Positions 21,548 to 31,596 of a stretch of DNA of 64,000 bases are shown piece after piece; within the stretch, counting starts at the first letter, position 1; each line of letters begins with the position of its first letter. This stretch comes from Dehalococcoidia bacterium (GTDB taxonomy: Bacteria; Chloroflexota; Dehalococcoidia; UBA2979). Under the pieces are notes generated by a model. The model worked only from the letters and a program-made list of their open reading frames with translations, made no database searches and was not told the DNA's origin. Where the stretch lies: contig OZ253555.1 in the NCBI GenBank assembly GCA_965262725.1, positions 1,984,001 to 2,048,000 of the forward strand, written 5' to 3'. Position numbers and translations under genes: made by a program.

Positions 21548-22468
21548 TCAGACCGCCGCTCTCGGCGGCTCCTCCGGTGCCTCGGGACTTCGCCCGAGGA
21601 TGTGATCGGCGGCGCGCTGCCCCTGCGCGGCGGCGACCACGACCAGGCGCCGGTCGTCGTCGAGCACGCGCAGCCAGGAGGCGATGTAGGCCGCGGACTG
21701 ATCGACCCGCGAGGGGTCGATCCCGGCCTCGCTTCCGAGGAAGGCGGCTGCGAACTCCGCCACCAGCTCCTCCTGCGAGTAGCGCTCGGAGCCGAAGCGG
21801 GCGGCGGTCCGGTATCCCTCGCGCGCGAGGCGGCTCGGGTGCCCGGTGGAGTGGGCGAGCTCGTGGAAGAGCGTCGCGTAGTAGCCGTGCGCGTCGGTGA
21901 ACGCTGCGCGCGGCGGCACGTGCACCTCGTCCCGCTCCGGGACGTAGTAGGCGCTCTCCGAGTCCCGGCACAGGCTCGGGCCGTCCCGGTAGCCTGCGAT
22001 CACCGCCTCCGCCCGCTCCAGCGGATCCGGGCAGCCGGACTCCGCCCGTGCGGGGAGCCTCACGCCATCGCACTGGTCGACGTTGAAGACGGCGTAGAGG
22101 CGGATGAGCGGGAAACGCTCCACCCGCTCGGGGTCCTCCGGGTCCCTCCGCTCGATCCACTTCCAGAGCACGACGCGGGTGCCGTGCTCGCCGCGGCGGA
22201 CGTTCCCGCCCGAGGCCTCGGCCTGGCGGTAGGTGAGCCAGCGCGGGTCGCTCCAGCCGCGCTCGAGCGCGGTCATCTGGAGGACCAGCGTGTTGATGCC
22301 GCGGTAGGGGCGGCCCGAGCGGGCGTTGCGGTGCCCGCGTGCGCGCCACGGCGTGCGCCACGGCACGGTGCCGCGCTCAAGCGCGGTGATGATGCGGCCG
22401 GTGATCTCCTGGTAGGGGTCGGTCCGGCCGCCGGGCTGCCTACGCCGCACCGGGATCACCCCCGCCAT
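21548..22468 (-). CDS. ardC: ArdC-like antirestriction ssDNA-binding protein (DUF1738 plus zincin)
   Basis: LERGTVPWRTPW, YRGIN, VFNVDQC, HELAHSTGH, EELVAE motifs. Confidence 0.9.
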   Translation of the reverse strand: MAGVIPVRRRQPGGRTDPYQEITGRIITALERGTVPWRTPWRARGHRNARSGRPYRGINTLVLQMTALERGWSDPRWLTYRQAEASGGNVRRGEHGTRVVLWKWIERRDPEDPERVERFPLIRLYAVFNVDQCDGVRLPARAESGCPDPLERAEAVIAGYRDGPSLCRDSESAYYVPERDEVHVPPRAAFTDAHGYYATLFHELAHSTGHPSRLAREGYRTAARFGSERYSQEELVAEFAAAFLGSEAGIDPSRVDQSAAYIASWLRVLDDDRRLVVVAAAQGQRAADHILGRSPEAPEEPPRAAV

Positions 22469-22649
22469 GGCATGGCTCGAGACGCTCGTAGAGCGTGAGA
22501 CGGATCGCTCGCGCCTGGGGGCGATCGGCATCGACGGCCTGGATGAGGCAGGCCCGGAAGCCCGGTATCGGGCACTCGGGCAGCGGGATCCGGGCGACGT
22601 CGTAGCGTCCGTGGCGCGTCTCGATGACGCGGCTGGGGCGGTAGGCCAT
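22440..22649 (-). CDS. Small hypothetical protein
   Basis: 69-aa ORF in operon position between the Rad52-like gene and ardC. Confidence 0.45.
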   Translation of the reverse strand: MAYRPSRVIETRHGRYDVARIPLPECPIPGFRACLIQAVDADRPQARAIRLTLYERLEPCHGGGDPGAA

Positions 22650-22654
22650 CTGCG

Positions 22655-23332
22655 TCAGGCCGCCCGTGCGCCGTTACGGCGGTGGAGTCCGCGCGTGAGG
22701 GCGTCGACGCAGGCGAGCAGCGACCCCCCGCCGAGCTCCGCGAGCGGGCGCCCGTAGCGCTGCTCGACCCAGCTCCGGGTGCGCGCCTCGTCCGAGCCCG
22801 CGCTCGCCGCGATCTCGAGCACGCGGCGCCGGAGCTCATCGGGCCGCGCACCGGCCGCGAGCGCAGCCGCCCCGGCCGGCTCGGCTCCGAGCCCGTTCCC
22901 GAAGCGCGCCCCGAAGTGCCGGAGCGCGCGCTTGAGCGCGTCGGTGGCGGCGGCCTTGACGGCCACCGCGTGCGCCTCGGCCGTGTGATCCGAGGCGAGG
23001 GCGGTGCCGACGTCGCTGTGCGGCAGGCAGCCCCAGGCGGTGACCCGGACGGTCGCCGTGTAGATGACGGCGGATGCGCCGCCCGCTCCTGGCGATCCCG
23101 GGCCCGGCCGGGAGGTGATTTCCCCGACGAGTTCGGCGCCCCAGCGGTCGGGCCCGAACGTCGCGTTCGCCTCCTCTATCGCCCGCCACCCCTCCAGATA
23201 GCGGACGACCTCGCCGTCCTCGGTCGTGCGCTCGGAGACGAGCTCCGGCGGAAGCGGCTCCCCGAGCCGCCGTCTCGCGGCCGGCGTCAGGCGGCGCGGC
23301 CTGGCCGCTCGTGTTCCGTTGATGTCGGACAT
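22655..23332 (-). CDS. Rad52/Rad22 (Sak-like) single-strand annealing protein
   Basis: YLEGWRAIEEANATFG..W, DVG, KAAATDALKRALRHFG..FGNGL signature. Confidence 0.88.
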   Translation of the reverse strand: MSDINGTRAARPRRLTPAARRRLGEPLPPELVSERTTEDGEVVRYLEGWRAIEEANATFGPDRWGAELVGEITSRPGPGSPGAGGASAVIYTATVRVTAWGCLPHSDVGTALASDHTAEAHAVAVKAAATDALKRALRHFGARFGNGLGAEPAGAAALAAGARPDELRRRVLEIAASAGSDEARTRSWVEQRYGRPLAELGGGSLLACVDALTRGLHRRNGARAA

Positions 23333-24375
23333 GATTCCTGCTCTCGTGCGTGTGCCTGCTGGAGCGAACGGAGAAACGTCGCCCGTCCGGACGGGCGCGT
23401 TCCGAGTTCGCTGAGGTCGTGCGCGTCCCCTGGGAGCGGCACGACGGTGGCCCGAGCTCCGAGCTCGGAGCGGATGCGGGCCGAGGCGCGGCGGCCGGGG
23501 CCGTCGGCGTCGAGCGCGACGTAGATGCGCCGTAAGGAGCGGAGCGCGACGAGCGCGTCCCGCGAGAGGTGCGTGCCTGCGAGCGCGACCGCATGCAGTC
23601 CCCACTCGCAGGCGGTGAGCCAGTCGAAGGGGCCCTCGGTCAGCACGACCGAGCGAGCTCCCGCCGCGCGCGCCTGCCCGAGGCCGAGCAGCGGCGACGG
23701 GAGGCGGAGGTTGAGGTAGCGCAGCTCCCGGTCGTCGAGCGCCCGCGCGGTGAGCCAGGTGGCCCGGCCCTCCGTGTCCAGGTCGGGGATGACGATCCGG
23801 CCCGAGAGCGTGTCGCGGTCTCCGCTCAGGAGGCCCAGCTCTCGAGCGGGATCGCGCCGAAACCGCCGTCGCTCCAGGTGCTTGGCGAGGCCGCCTGAGC
23901 CGAAGCCGATGCGAAGCCGCGCCGCCGTCTTCTCGCCGATCCCGCGGCTGCGAATGTAGGAACGCGCCCGGCGGCTCCGCCTGTACTGGTGCGCGTAGAG
24001 TGAGGTCGCGGCCTCGATGACCGCCGACTCCTCATCGTCCGGCGTTCGGGTCGCCTCCGGCGGCGCGCGCCGTCGGCTGGCCGGAGGGAGCGGGCGGGGC
24101 CCGCCGGCCGGTCCGACGAGGAACTCCGCGGTCTCCCGGAAGCCGGTCCCGCGCATCCGGCCGACGAAGTCGATGACGTCCCCGCCGGTGTCGCAGGCGA
24201 AGCAAAACCAGCTCTGCGTCCCCGGGTAGACGAGGAGGCTCGGCCTCCGGTCCTCGTGGAACGGGCAGAGCCCGACGAGGCGGTGTCCCGAGCGCCGTAG
24301 GCTTACCCCGGAGCCCTCGACGGCGCCTTCGATCGGGTGCGCCGTGCGGATCGCGTCGGTGTCGAACACGCTCAC
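23287..24375 (-). CDS. DnaG-type primase (CHC2 zinc finger plus Toprim)
   Basis: GLCPFHEDRRPS..CFAC..GDVIDF, TEGPFD, LDADGPG motifs. Confidence 0.9.
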   Translation of the reverse strand: MSVFDTDAIRTAHPIEGAVEGSGVSLRRSGHRLVGLCPFHEDRRPSLLVYPGTQSWFCFACDTGGDVIDFVGRMRGTGFRETAEFLVGPAGGPRPLPPASRRRAPPEATRTPDDEESAVIEAATSLYAHQYRRSRRARSYIRSRGIGEKTAARLRIGFGSGGLAKHLERRRFRRDPARELGLLSGDRDTLSGRIVIPDLDTEGRATWLTARALDDRELRYLNLRLPSPLLGLGQARAAGARSVVLTEGPFDWLTACEWGLHAVALAGTHLSRDALVALRSLRRIYVALDADGPGRRASARIRSELGARATVVPLPGDAHDLSELGTRPSGRATFLRSLQQAHAREQESCPTSTEHERPGRAA

Positions 24376-24660
24376 GCGCGCCCGCCCGGAGCGGGCCGGC
24401 CCCGCCCGTACCGGCCGATCGCCGCCTTCGTGTACGTGGCCGCCGTGCTCCCACACGTGGCGCGGTCCCGGCTGTGCCGGGTTCCGCCGCGGGCGGAGCC
24501 GCGCGTCGACTCGTGGTGATTCCCGGATTCCATGTCGCTTGTCCTTTCGTTGGTGATCGCGCGCGCGGATCGCCCCGCGCGGCGACGAGTTGAGGAGGCA
24601 CGGACGAAGAAGAGACCGCCCGGCGGCGGTCCCCTCTCGTCGTGCTCCCGGTGGTTCGGG

Positions 24661-25647
24661 TCAGGCGAGCGCGCGTGCCCCCCGCAGCGCCCGCGGCGCG
24701 AAGCGGCGGCCGCGTTCCCAGCGGCTCAGCCCCAGGGCCGTGACGACCTCCCAGCGGCCGTCCAGGGCCGGCATCAGCACGGCCCCGCGGCAGGGACCGG
24801 CCCGGTAGTGGATCGCCGCGAGCAGGCCGAGACGGCGGCAGGCGGTGAGCCAGCAGCCGTAGAGGTGCCGAGCGAGCTCCTCCGGCACGCCGTCGAGCGG
24901 GGCCTTCTCGAGCACCTCGATCGCCCGCGCCGGCTCGCGCCGGTGCAGACGCCTGGCCTCTGCGAGCGCCGCCTCCGCGGCGCGGATCTTGACGGCGCGC
25001 TCGCGTCGCCGTAGCGTTTCGAACGCCTGTTTGAGGTCCGGTACGCTGCTGATGTTCTCCTCCAAGGAATCCAGCAGCCGCCGGGCCTCGTCGTATCTGC
25101 CGCCGTCCAGGTGCCTCCCTGCCAGCGCCAGTTCCCCCTCCATCCTCGTCTTCTCCTCCCTGTTTCGCTCCTCCTCGATCAGCCGCGCGATGTCCTCACG
25201 CTCGCCGAGCGCCCGGGCCTCGCGCTCCCGCACCGCGGCGTGTGCCTCGGCGCGGTTCGCGAGCCGGCCGGCCGCCGCGAAGCTGAACTCCGCCCGCCTT
25301 CGCGTCCCGGGCTCGAAGGCCGACCGTGCGAGTCCCTCGGCGCGGCGCGCCGCCTCGCGCATCTCGCCTGCGGTGCTTCGGAGCCGCGCGGCCTCCGCTG
25401 CGGCCGCCCGCACGCGGTCGAGACCGCGCTCCGCCTCCAGGCGGCGCTCGCGGTCGCCCGCGACCAGCCGATCGAGCTCCTCGATCGCCCGCCGCGCCTG
25501 CGCGGCCAGCGCCTCGCGTTCGGCGGGCCCGGTGCCGCGAATGACGGGCACGAGCGCCCGCTCCTCCGGGATAGGTCCTTTGTCCACGAAGAAGTCGCGG
25601 ACGGCCGCGAGCTCACCGAGGCTGGTGAGCACGACTCCCTGCGTCAT
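24661..25647 (-). CDS. Hypothetical coiled-coil protein
   Basis: GGAG RBS; ATGA overlap with the upstream ORF; Ala/Arg/Glu helical composition. Confidence 0.6.
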   Translation of the reverse strand: MTQGVVLTSLGELAAVRDFFVDKGPIPEERALVPVIRGTGPAEREALAAQARRAIEELDRLVAGDRERRLEAERGLDRVRAAAAEAARLRSTAGEMREAARRAEGLARSAFEPGTRRRAEFSFAAAGRLANRAEAHAAVREREARALGEREDIARLIEEERNREEKTRMEGELALAGRHLDGGRYDEARRLLDSLEENISSVPDLKQAFETLRRRERAVKIRAAEAALAEARRLHRREPARAIEVLEKAPLDGVPEELARHLYGCWLTACRRLGLLAAIHYRAGPCRGAVLMPALDGRWEVVTALGLSRWERGRRFAPRALRGARALA

Positions 25648-26252
25648 CGCTCCCCCCTCATCACGTCGGCCGGGAACGCGCCGTTGGGGCCCGCGCCGGC
25701 CCGCTCGGGCAGCGCCAGGTCGTCGAGCGGCGACGTACCGGGCTCCGGGACGGACTCGCCACGCTCGGCGGCGGGCTGGACGGTGGTCGCCTCCAGCGGA
25801 ACGACGCGCAGCGTGCCGAGCTCGGAGGCGACGACGTGCCGCAGCTGCTGCCGGAGCGTCGCCACGACCTCCTCGTCCGCGACCCGCCGGCCGCCTACCG
25901 AGAGCGCGACGTAGAGCACGTGCCGCGTGCGGCCCGCCGAGTCCTCGAACACCTGCAGCAGCGCCTGGAGCTGACGCTCCTCCATCGTCACCGTGCGCTG
26001 CACCACCACAAGCAGGTGCCCGGGCGGCGTGACGCCGAGCGCCCGCAGGTGGCTCCGTGCCGTGCCTGCGATCGCCCTGCGGAGCCGGCGCCCGCGCTTC
26101 CCGCCGACATCGGCCTCGACCGGCGGGCGCCACGGCCGCAGCCGTGAGGCGACCCCGCGCCGCCCGTCCGCGATCCTCCGCTCGCACCACCGCCGGACGC
26201 GGGCCGGAGGCGACGCTCCGCTCTGCGCGCGGCGTGTCTTCTTGCTTGCCAT
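25644..26252 (-). CDS. Hypothetical protein
   Basis: GAGGAG RBS; first gene of the leftward backbone operon. Confidence 0.6.
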   Translation of the reverse strand: MASKKTRRAQSGASPPARVRRWCERRIADGRRGVASRLRPWRPPVEADVGGKRGRRLRRAIAGTARSHLRALGVTPPGHLLVVVQRTVTMEERQLQALLQVFEDSAGRTRHVLYVALSVGGRRVADEEVVATLRQQLRHVVASELGTLRVVPLEATTVQPAAERGESVPEPGTSPLDDLALPERAGAGPNGAFPADVMRGER

Positions 26253-26823
26253 CTCGCACTCCTCTTCTGCTGCGCCGCCCCGTTCCGGCGGGACGGATGT
26301 ATCTCGCTCTCCCGTCGCTGTCGGAATCGGACCCGGCATCGGAGCCGCGTTCCGACCAGCTGCTTCCCGATCGCTCCTCCTTTCGGCGCTCCACCACGAG
26401 AGAAGCCCCGCGGCACCGGGCCTCACGGGGCGTCGTCGACGGCAGTCCCGCGCCCTCCGCGTGCGCCGCGAGTGCGCTGCGCGGGGTCGTGGCCCGCCTC
26501 GATGCGTTGCTCTGCTTGCCGGCTCGCGCCGGGTTCGATTGGTTCAGGTCGCCCCTCGGCTGCTCCTTCCCGGGCCGCTTCCGGCCTGCCGTCGCTCGCT
26601 CCGCGACTCGACGTCCGCCTGGTTCACCTCCTCGCCTTCATGCACTCGTCCGCCCTCGCTGCTCGCTTCGATGTCCGGCTGGAGAGCGCTGCTCGTTTCC
26701 CCCGATGGAGGGTGATCCGTACCGTCATCCCGGATGAGCAATCCGTGCCGGCTGTTCTGCTCCGTGGGGAGCCGGCGCCGCCGGCGACACGCACTACTTG
26801 TGGGGAGGAGGCTACGAGGGGGC

Positions 26824-26854
26824 GGTCACACGGCGGTCACACGGGGTCACACGG
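26824..26854 (+). repeat. Three tandem GGTCACACGG decamers
   Basis: Copies at 26824, 26835 and 26845; an inverted partial copy at 26972-26980. Confidence 0.75.
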
Positions 26855-27978
26855 GAGTCCCAGGCGCTCCCAATTCGCGATGAGTGGCTGTTTTTCCCCG
26901 AGTCGTACGAACCGGGGCCGGAGCAACCCTGTGGGGCGCGGCGTGTGTGCCGGCCGCTTCCGTGGGACTGCTGTGTGACCTGCGTGGGACCGAATTGGGA
27001 GCGGATGTTTAGATCCGTGACTGCCTGCGAACGTCCGTGTGATGCCTCACACGCGTGCGGCCGTCCGGGCTCACGTCGTCTTTCCGTCGTGCCCGCGCTC
27101 GCTCGGACTCTCGACTCGATGGCGCCCGGGTGGATCGCGACCACCATGCACGGTGTCGCTTCCCTGACACCGCGTCGCCGAGTCCCTTCTGCCGGCGGGG
27201 CTGCTGCTTCCGCCGCATCCGGTTCGGGGCGGCGGCGCGAGCTTCCCGGGTCGGGTGCCTCGCGCCGTCGCGTTGGGGCGCCGGGCCCGGTCTCGGGCCG
27301 CCGGGCCGCATGACCGGACGGGACCTCACCGCGCTCATCGGCCGGTGCGTGCCGCCTCTCGCTCCGCAGGGACGAGGAGCCGGTTCGCGTCGCCGGCGTA
27401 CGGCCCGAGGGTCTGCCTCGCCCACGCGACCGGCTCCTGATCGGAGGGGGTTCCGCACGGCACGTAGCAGCGCCTGAGTGCCCGCTTCACCGACCCCTCT
27501 ACGGGGAACGCATAGAGCCTATGGAGGGCGAAGAGCGCGCCGCAGTCGGCCCTGGGACCGATCCCCTCGCAGCCCATCGGCCGGAGCCGCACCTCGCGGT
27601 AGTGAACGCGGGGCCCGGCGAGCTCCTCACGGTTGAGCTGGCCGCCCGCCATCGCCCGCGCGACGGCGAGGGTCCTACGGTGCTTGCCGAGTCCCGGCCG
27701 CGGCCTCTCGAGTCCCCCCGCCTCGCGGCCGGGACTCCGCTCCGATCTTGCAGGGCGGGCGCGGTACGTACACTCTGCTCGGTGGCCAGGGCCGTCCGGC
27801 ACCGCTCATCCGGGGCTGGGCCCGGCTCGGTCGAGCGCGTGCGCGCGCCCGATGACTCGGGACCTGGTGCTTCCGGCGCGCCGCCGTGCGGGCCGCGCAT
27901 CGAATGAATGGTGTCTTGCGTGTCGGCCACGAGGAAGGTGGCGCTCGCCCGAGGCGACGAGGACGGGAAGGCAGGAGC

Positions 27979-28182
27979 ATGACCGGTGCCTTCTACGTCA
28001 ACGAAGACAGGCCGACGCGGTCGGCGACGGTTCACCAGGCGGGGGGACCCTGCCAGGTCCCCCCGCGAAAGCGGGCGCGCGATGGGCAATGGCACGGCCC
28101 GTTTCGACTCAAGGAGGGGGCGCTGAGAGTCGCCCGCGAGGTCGGCCGCGACGTCTACGAATGCCAGCGCTGCGAACCCTGA
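27979..28182 (+). CDS. Small putative zinc-binding protein (67 aa)
   Basis: AGGAG RBS; H..C..WHGPF..CQRC pattern. Confidence 0.6.
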   Translation: MTGAFYVNEDRPTRSATVHQAGGPCQVPPRKRARDGQWHGPFRLKEGALRVAREVGRDVYECQRCEP

Positions 28183-28966
28183 CGCCGGGCGGTACTGCCA
28201 CGGAGATCGGGATAGTGGAGTCGGTTGCCCTTCAGGGCCCGCGTGCCGCCAGCGGGCGCGGAGACCTGGGCGGGCCGGACGGGCTCGACAGCCCCGACGT
28301 GCTGGACCTGGGCGCGGCCGGAACTGAGCGGGCGGCTGCCCGGGCTCTGGCGCCGCCGGTCGTCGGCAGGGAGGAGAGTGTGCACAGGTAGGCGTACGCT
28401 GTCACGGTTGCCTCGGCCGACCTGTGACCGAGGCGTCTGAAACCAACCCGGCCGCAGCAAGCGCAGCTCCTGCCGGATCACCGGTAGCCGCCGAGCGGAG
28501 AAGCAGCGCGGCCGTCGCGCGGCGAGCCTGGCCGTCCTCGCGCACCACAGGGGATGGGGGCTGGCGGTTCTCGCCGCGAGGCCCGGCAGTGAGTTTCGGC
28601 ATCACCTCGCCGTCGAGGACGCCCGAGTCGCCGCCGCGATCGTGCCGCGCGCTGACAGGAAGGCCGGCCCGGACCTCGGCATCGAACATCCGCCTGATGG
28701 CCGTGCCCGACCGGATGTCCGGAGGCTGTGCCTCAGGCGCGGTGAGTGGCAGGCACCGGAACCCCACGCTCGCGCGCACCTGAGTCGACGCGTCCACGCC
28801 CATGGCCGCCAGCGACGGCGGCACGAGCTGGTGGTCACGACTAGGCTTGAACCACCGACGGGAACGCGCGCTCGGCCCTGCGCCGGGCTCGATCAGCGCC
28901 GGAGAGAGGCCGTGTGATCCGAACGGCCCTCGAGGGCCGTGATCACCGGGTCGCCAGGGAGGGACC

Positions 28967-30010
28967 ATGCAGCAGGTACGGATATGGAGAATCGGGACCG
29001 ACCGGAAGCTGTCGGAGATTCCGGCGAGGAACGCCAGCCTGGAGCAGTGGATCGAGGACTGGCTCGCCGACGACATATCGGTACTCGACCCCAACCTCCT
29101 GGTCATCGGGAGGCAGGTTCGTACGAGCTCTGGCGGCATGGTGGACCTGCTGTGCATCGACGGGGAGGGGAATCTGGTGGTCGTCGAGCTCAAGAGGGGC
29201 CAGACCCCCCGGGACGTCACCTCCCAGGCCATGGAGTACTCGTCCTGGGTCAAGGATCTCGAGTTCGATGAGATCGCCGAGATCGCCACGTCCTATCCCG
29301 GCATTGCAGGGACGCTGGCGGCAGCCTTCCGGGAGAGGTTCGGGACGGAGCTGCCCGAACAGCTCAACCAGGCTCATCGCTCTCTGATCGTCGCCGAGTC
29401 CGTGGACGCCCGTACCGACCGGATAGTTCGGTACCTGGCAGAGATGGGGGTGCCGGTCAACGTGGCGACGGTGCAGCACTTCGAGGATGGCGCGGGCACG
29501 GAGCTGGTGGCTCAGGTCTACCTGATCGAGCCCGAGTCGATTCAACCCAGAGCGCGCCGGACGTCGGCGAGGTCGGGCTACCGCACGGTGAACGAGCTTC
29601 AGGCTCTCGCCGACGAGAAGGGCATCGGCGAGACATACCTGCGGTTGAGGGACGGGCTCCGAGGGATCTTCTTCGCCCAGGCGTACCGGGAGACGGTGGC
29701 GTACGTCCGTCGCCTGGAGGGTGGCGGAGTGCGGACCATGATGTTGGTCGACGCGGTTCCGGGCGACGACGCCAGAGGCGTCAGGTTCGTCGCTCACGCC
29801 ACGCGGTTCGAGCGGTACATGGATGTGTCGCTGGACGACCTGCAATCCTGGTTGCCGTGCAACACGGCAGACTCCAACGTGAGGAGCTGGAGCGGCAGTT
29901 CTCCGGAGGAGAGAGGTTCGGCGCAGGGGCTGGAGGGCGTGTTCCGCAGCACGGAGGACGTGGACAGCTTCGTGGCGGGGCTCGCCGCTGCACTCAGGCG
30001 GTTGCCCTGA
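28967..30010 (+). CDS. NucS/EndoMS-like PD-(D/E)XK nuclease-domain protein
   Basis: LEQWIE..IGRQV..VDLLCIDGEGNLVVVELKRG..QAMEY. Confidence 0.85.
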   Translation: MQQVRIWRIGTDRKLSEIPARNASLEQWIEDWLADDISVLDPNLLVIGRQVRTSSGGMVDLLCIDGEGNLVVVELKRGQTPRDVTSQAMEYSSWVKDLEFDEIAEIATSYPGIAGTLAAAFRERFGTELPEQLNQAHRSLIVAESVDARTDRIVRYLAEMGVPVNVATVQHFEDGAGTELVAQVYLIEPESIQPRARRTSARSGYRTVNELQALADEKGIGETYLRLRDGLRGIFFAQAYRETVAYVRRLEGGGVRTMMLVDAVPGDDARGVRFVAHATRFERYMDVSLDDLQSWLPCNTADSNVRSWSGSSPEERGSAQGLEGVFRSTEDVDSFVAGLAAALRRLP

Positions 30011-30271
30011 CCAGATGGGGTGAGCGACGTGAGCCTCCGCAGCCGACTCGCGCCGAGGATCGGAAGCGGGTTCGTCGCCCTCTGTCGTATCGGCGGCTGA
30101 TACTGTGACGCCCGTCTTTCGCGGCGGGCGAGGATCGGCGCCGATCATCGGCAGTTGCTTCTGTCGGACTCGTCCCGGACGGCGATGCTGCCCGTCAGGG
30201 GCAGAGCGCCCCCCGGTGGGGGACACGCTGCGCGGAGTGGCCGAAGGGGTGCTGCTCCGGCGACACGCCCA

Positions 30272-30934
30272 CTAGCCTGCGGGGCGCATGCGGCGGAATT
30301 CGTCCCGGCGAGCAAAGAGATCGAACGACGCCCAGCACGCGGTCGCGAGATGCGATCCGGCGGGCGGGAATCCAGCCTGCACGGTCCTGAGTCCGCGCAG
30401 GTCCAGGAACTCGACCGCCGGAACGAAGTCGCTGTCGGACGACACCAGAACGGCGATGTCGTAGGCCTGCTCCCAGGCCAGCCGAATCATGTCAGTGACC
30501 ATCGCCGTGTCGACGCCCTTCTCCTGCGTCCGGGCAAGCGCTCCGCCGCAGTGGGGGCACTCGGCGACGGTCTCGTGGCACGCAGGACATGTCGGTGGTT
30601 CGCGTCGGCGTCGTTCGCGGAGACTGACCTGGACGCCGGGTTGTCGATCGAGCCAGTTCGTCATCCAGTCGCGCAGTCGCCGGTCCGGCTCCGATAGGGG
30701 ATTCCACGAGGCGTACACGTGGGCACCGCCATAGGACGCCGATGTGTGGCCGCAGGTCGCTGCTCCCACGGATGCCAACCATGTCGGCAAGCGCGACCAG
30801 TCGAAGCGAAACTCGTCGCCGGGCGATATCCGTGCGATCCGGGCGTTCATCGTGATCTGGAGGTTCCAGAAGTCGATGAAGACGCGAACGCGGTTGCCCG
30901 CGCCCGGCGATTCGACCGAGTTGTCCAACGCCAT
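30272..30934 (-). CDS. NYN-domain ribonuclease with zinc-ribbon insert
   Basis: VFIDFWN, CPACH..CPHC insert, EKGVDTAMVTD, LVSSDSDFVPAV. Confidence 0.9.
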   Translation of the reverse strand: MALDNSVESPGAGNRVRVFIDFWNLQITMNARIARISPGDEFRFDWSRLPTWLASVGAATCGHTSASYGGAHVYASWNPLSEPDRRLRDWMTNWLDRQPGVQVSLRERRRREPPTCPACHETVAECPHCGGALARTQEKGVDTAMVTDMIRLAWEQAYDIAVLVSSDSDFVPAVEFLDLRGLRTVQAGFPPAGSHLATACWASFDLFARRDEFRRMRPAG

Positions 30935-31095
30935 CCGCAACAGCTCCGGGGCCAGATACGATACAGGGGCCGCGGGAACGAATCCCCGGGCCCCTGGTAC
31001 TCGGATTGCCGACGGACTCATCCGGGCTGACCCCGAGCTTACCGCCAGCGGGCTCTGATGTCCGGATCTTCATGTAGCGGGTTGCCGTATGTCAA
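30935..31095 (-). promoter_or_regulatory. Promoter and structured leader of the second NYN gene
   Basis: TTGACA at 31090-31095; strong hairpin 30964-30996 (CAGGGGCC/GGCCCCTG) plus smaller stems. Confidence 0.5.
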
Positions 31096-31459
31096 GGAGA
31101 GACGAGCCAACACCCGTGCGCGAGACCCCGGCGTCGATCGAACGGTTCGGCCGGGAGGGGCTTGCCGCGCAGGCCTATGCTTTCTGAGGGTGCGTCTTGT
31201 CGGGGGCCGGCACGGTCGAGCTTGAGTTCTTGGCGCTCTCGCAAAAGAACATGGAGGACGCGCATCGCGTACATCCGCGAGCAGGCGGGGGCGCCGGAGG
31301 TCGGCGACATCGCGTTCCGCCCCGTGCGCCACGACGCCTCCGCCGTCAGCCACCAGCGGTACGACAGGGTCGACCGGCTCGGAGAACGTCAGCCGGGCAG
31401 TGCGGAGGACTCCGCCCCCGGAACGAAGGTGGGCCGGAAACCGTCACTCGCTGCGGCGA

Positions 31460-31596
31460 TGAGTACACTCCCTGACGAGCGATGGAAAGACGTACGTGAG
31501 GGCCTGACCGGCTTCGTCACGACCGCGCCCGAATCCTGGAACCCCACTTCACAGGGCGGGACCGCCGATGCGGCAGCACGCCGGGGGGCCCCCTGA
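31460..31596 (+). pseudogene. Remnant paralogous to the NucS-ATL gene
   Basis: DERWKDVREGLTGFVTTAPESWNP versus DEEWQHVREGLTGFVTTALESWNP at ~48518-48590. Confidence 0.75.
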
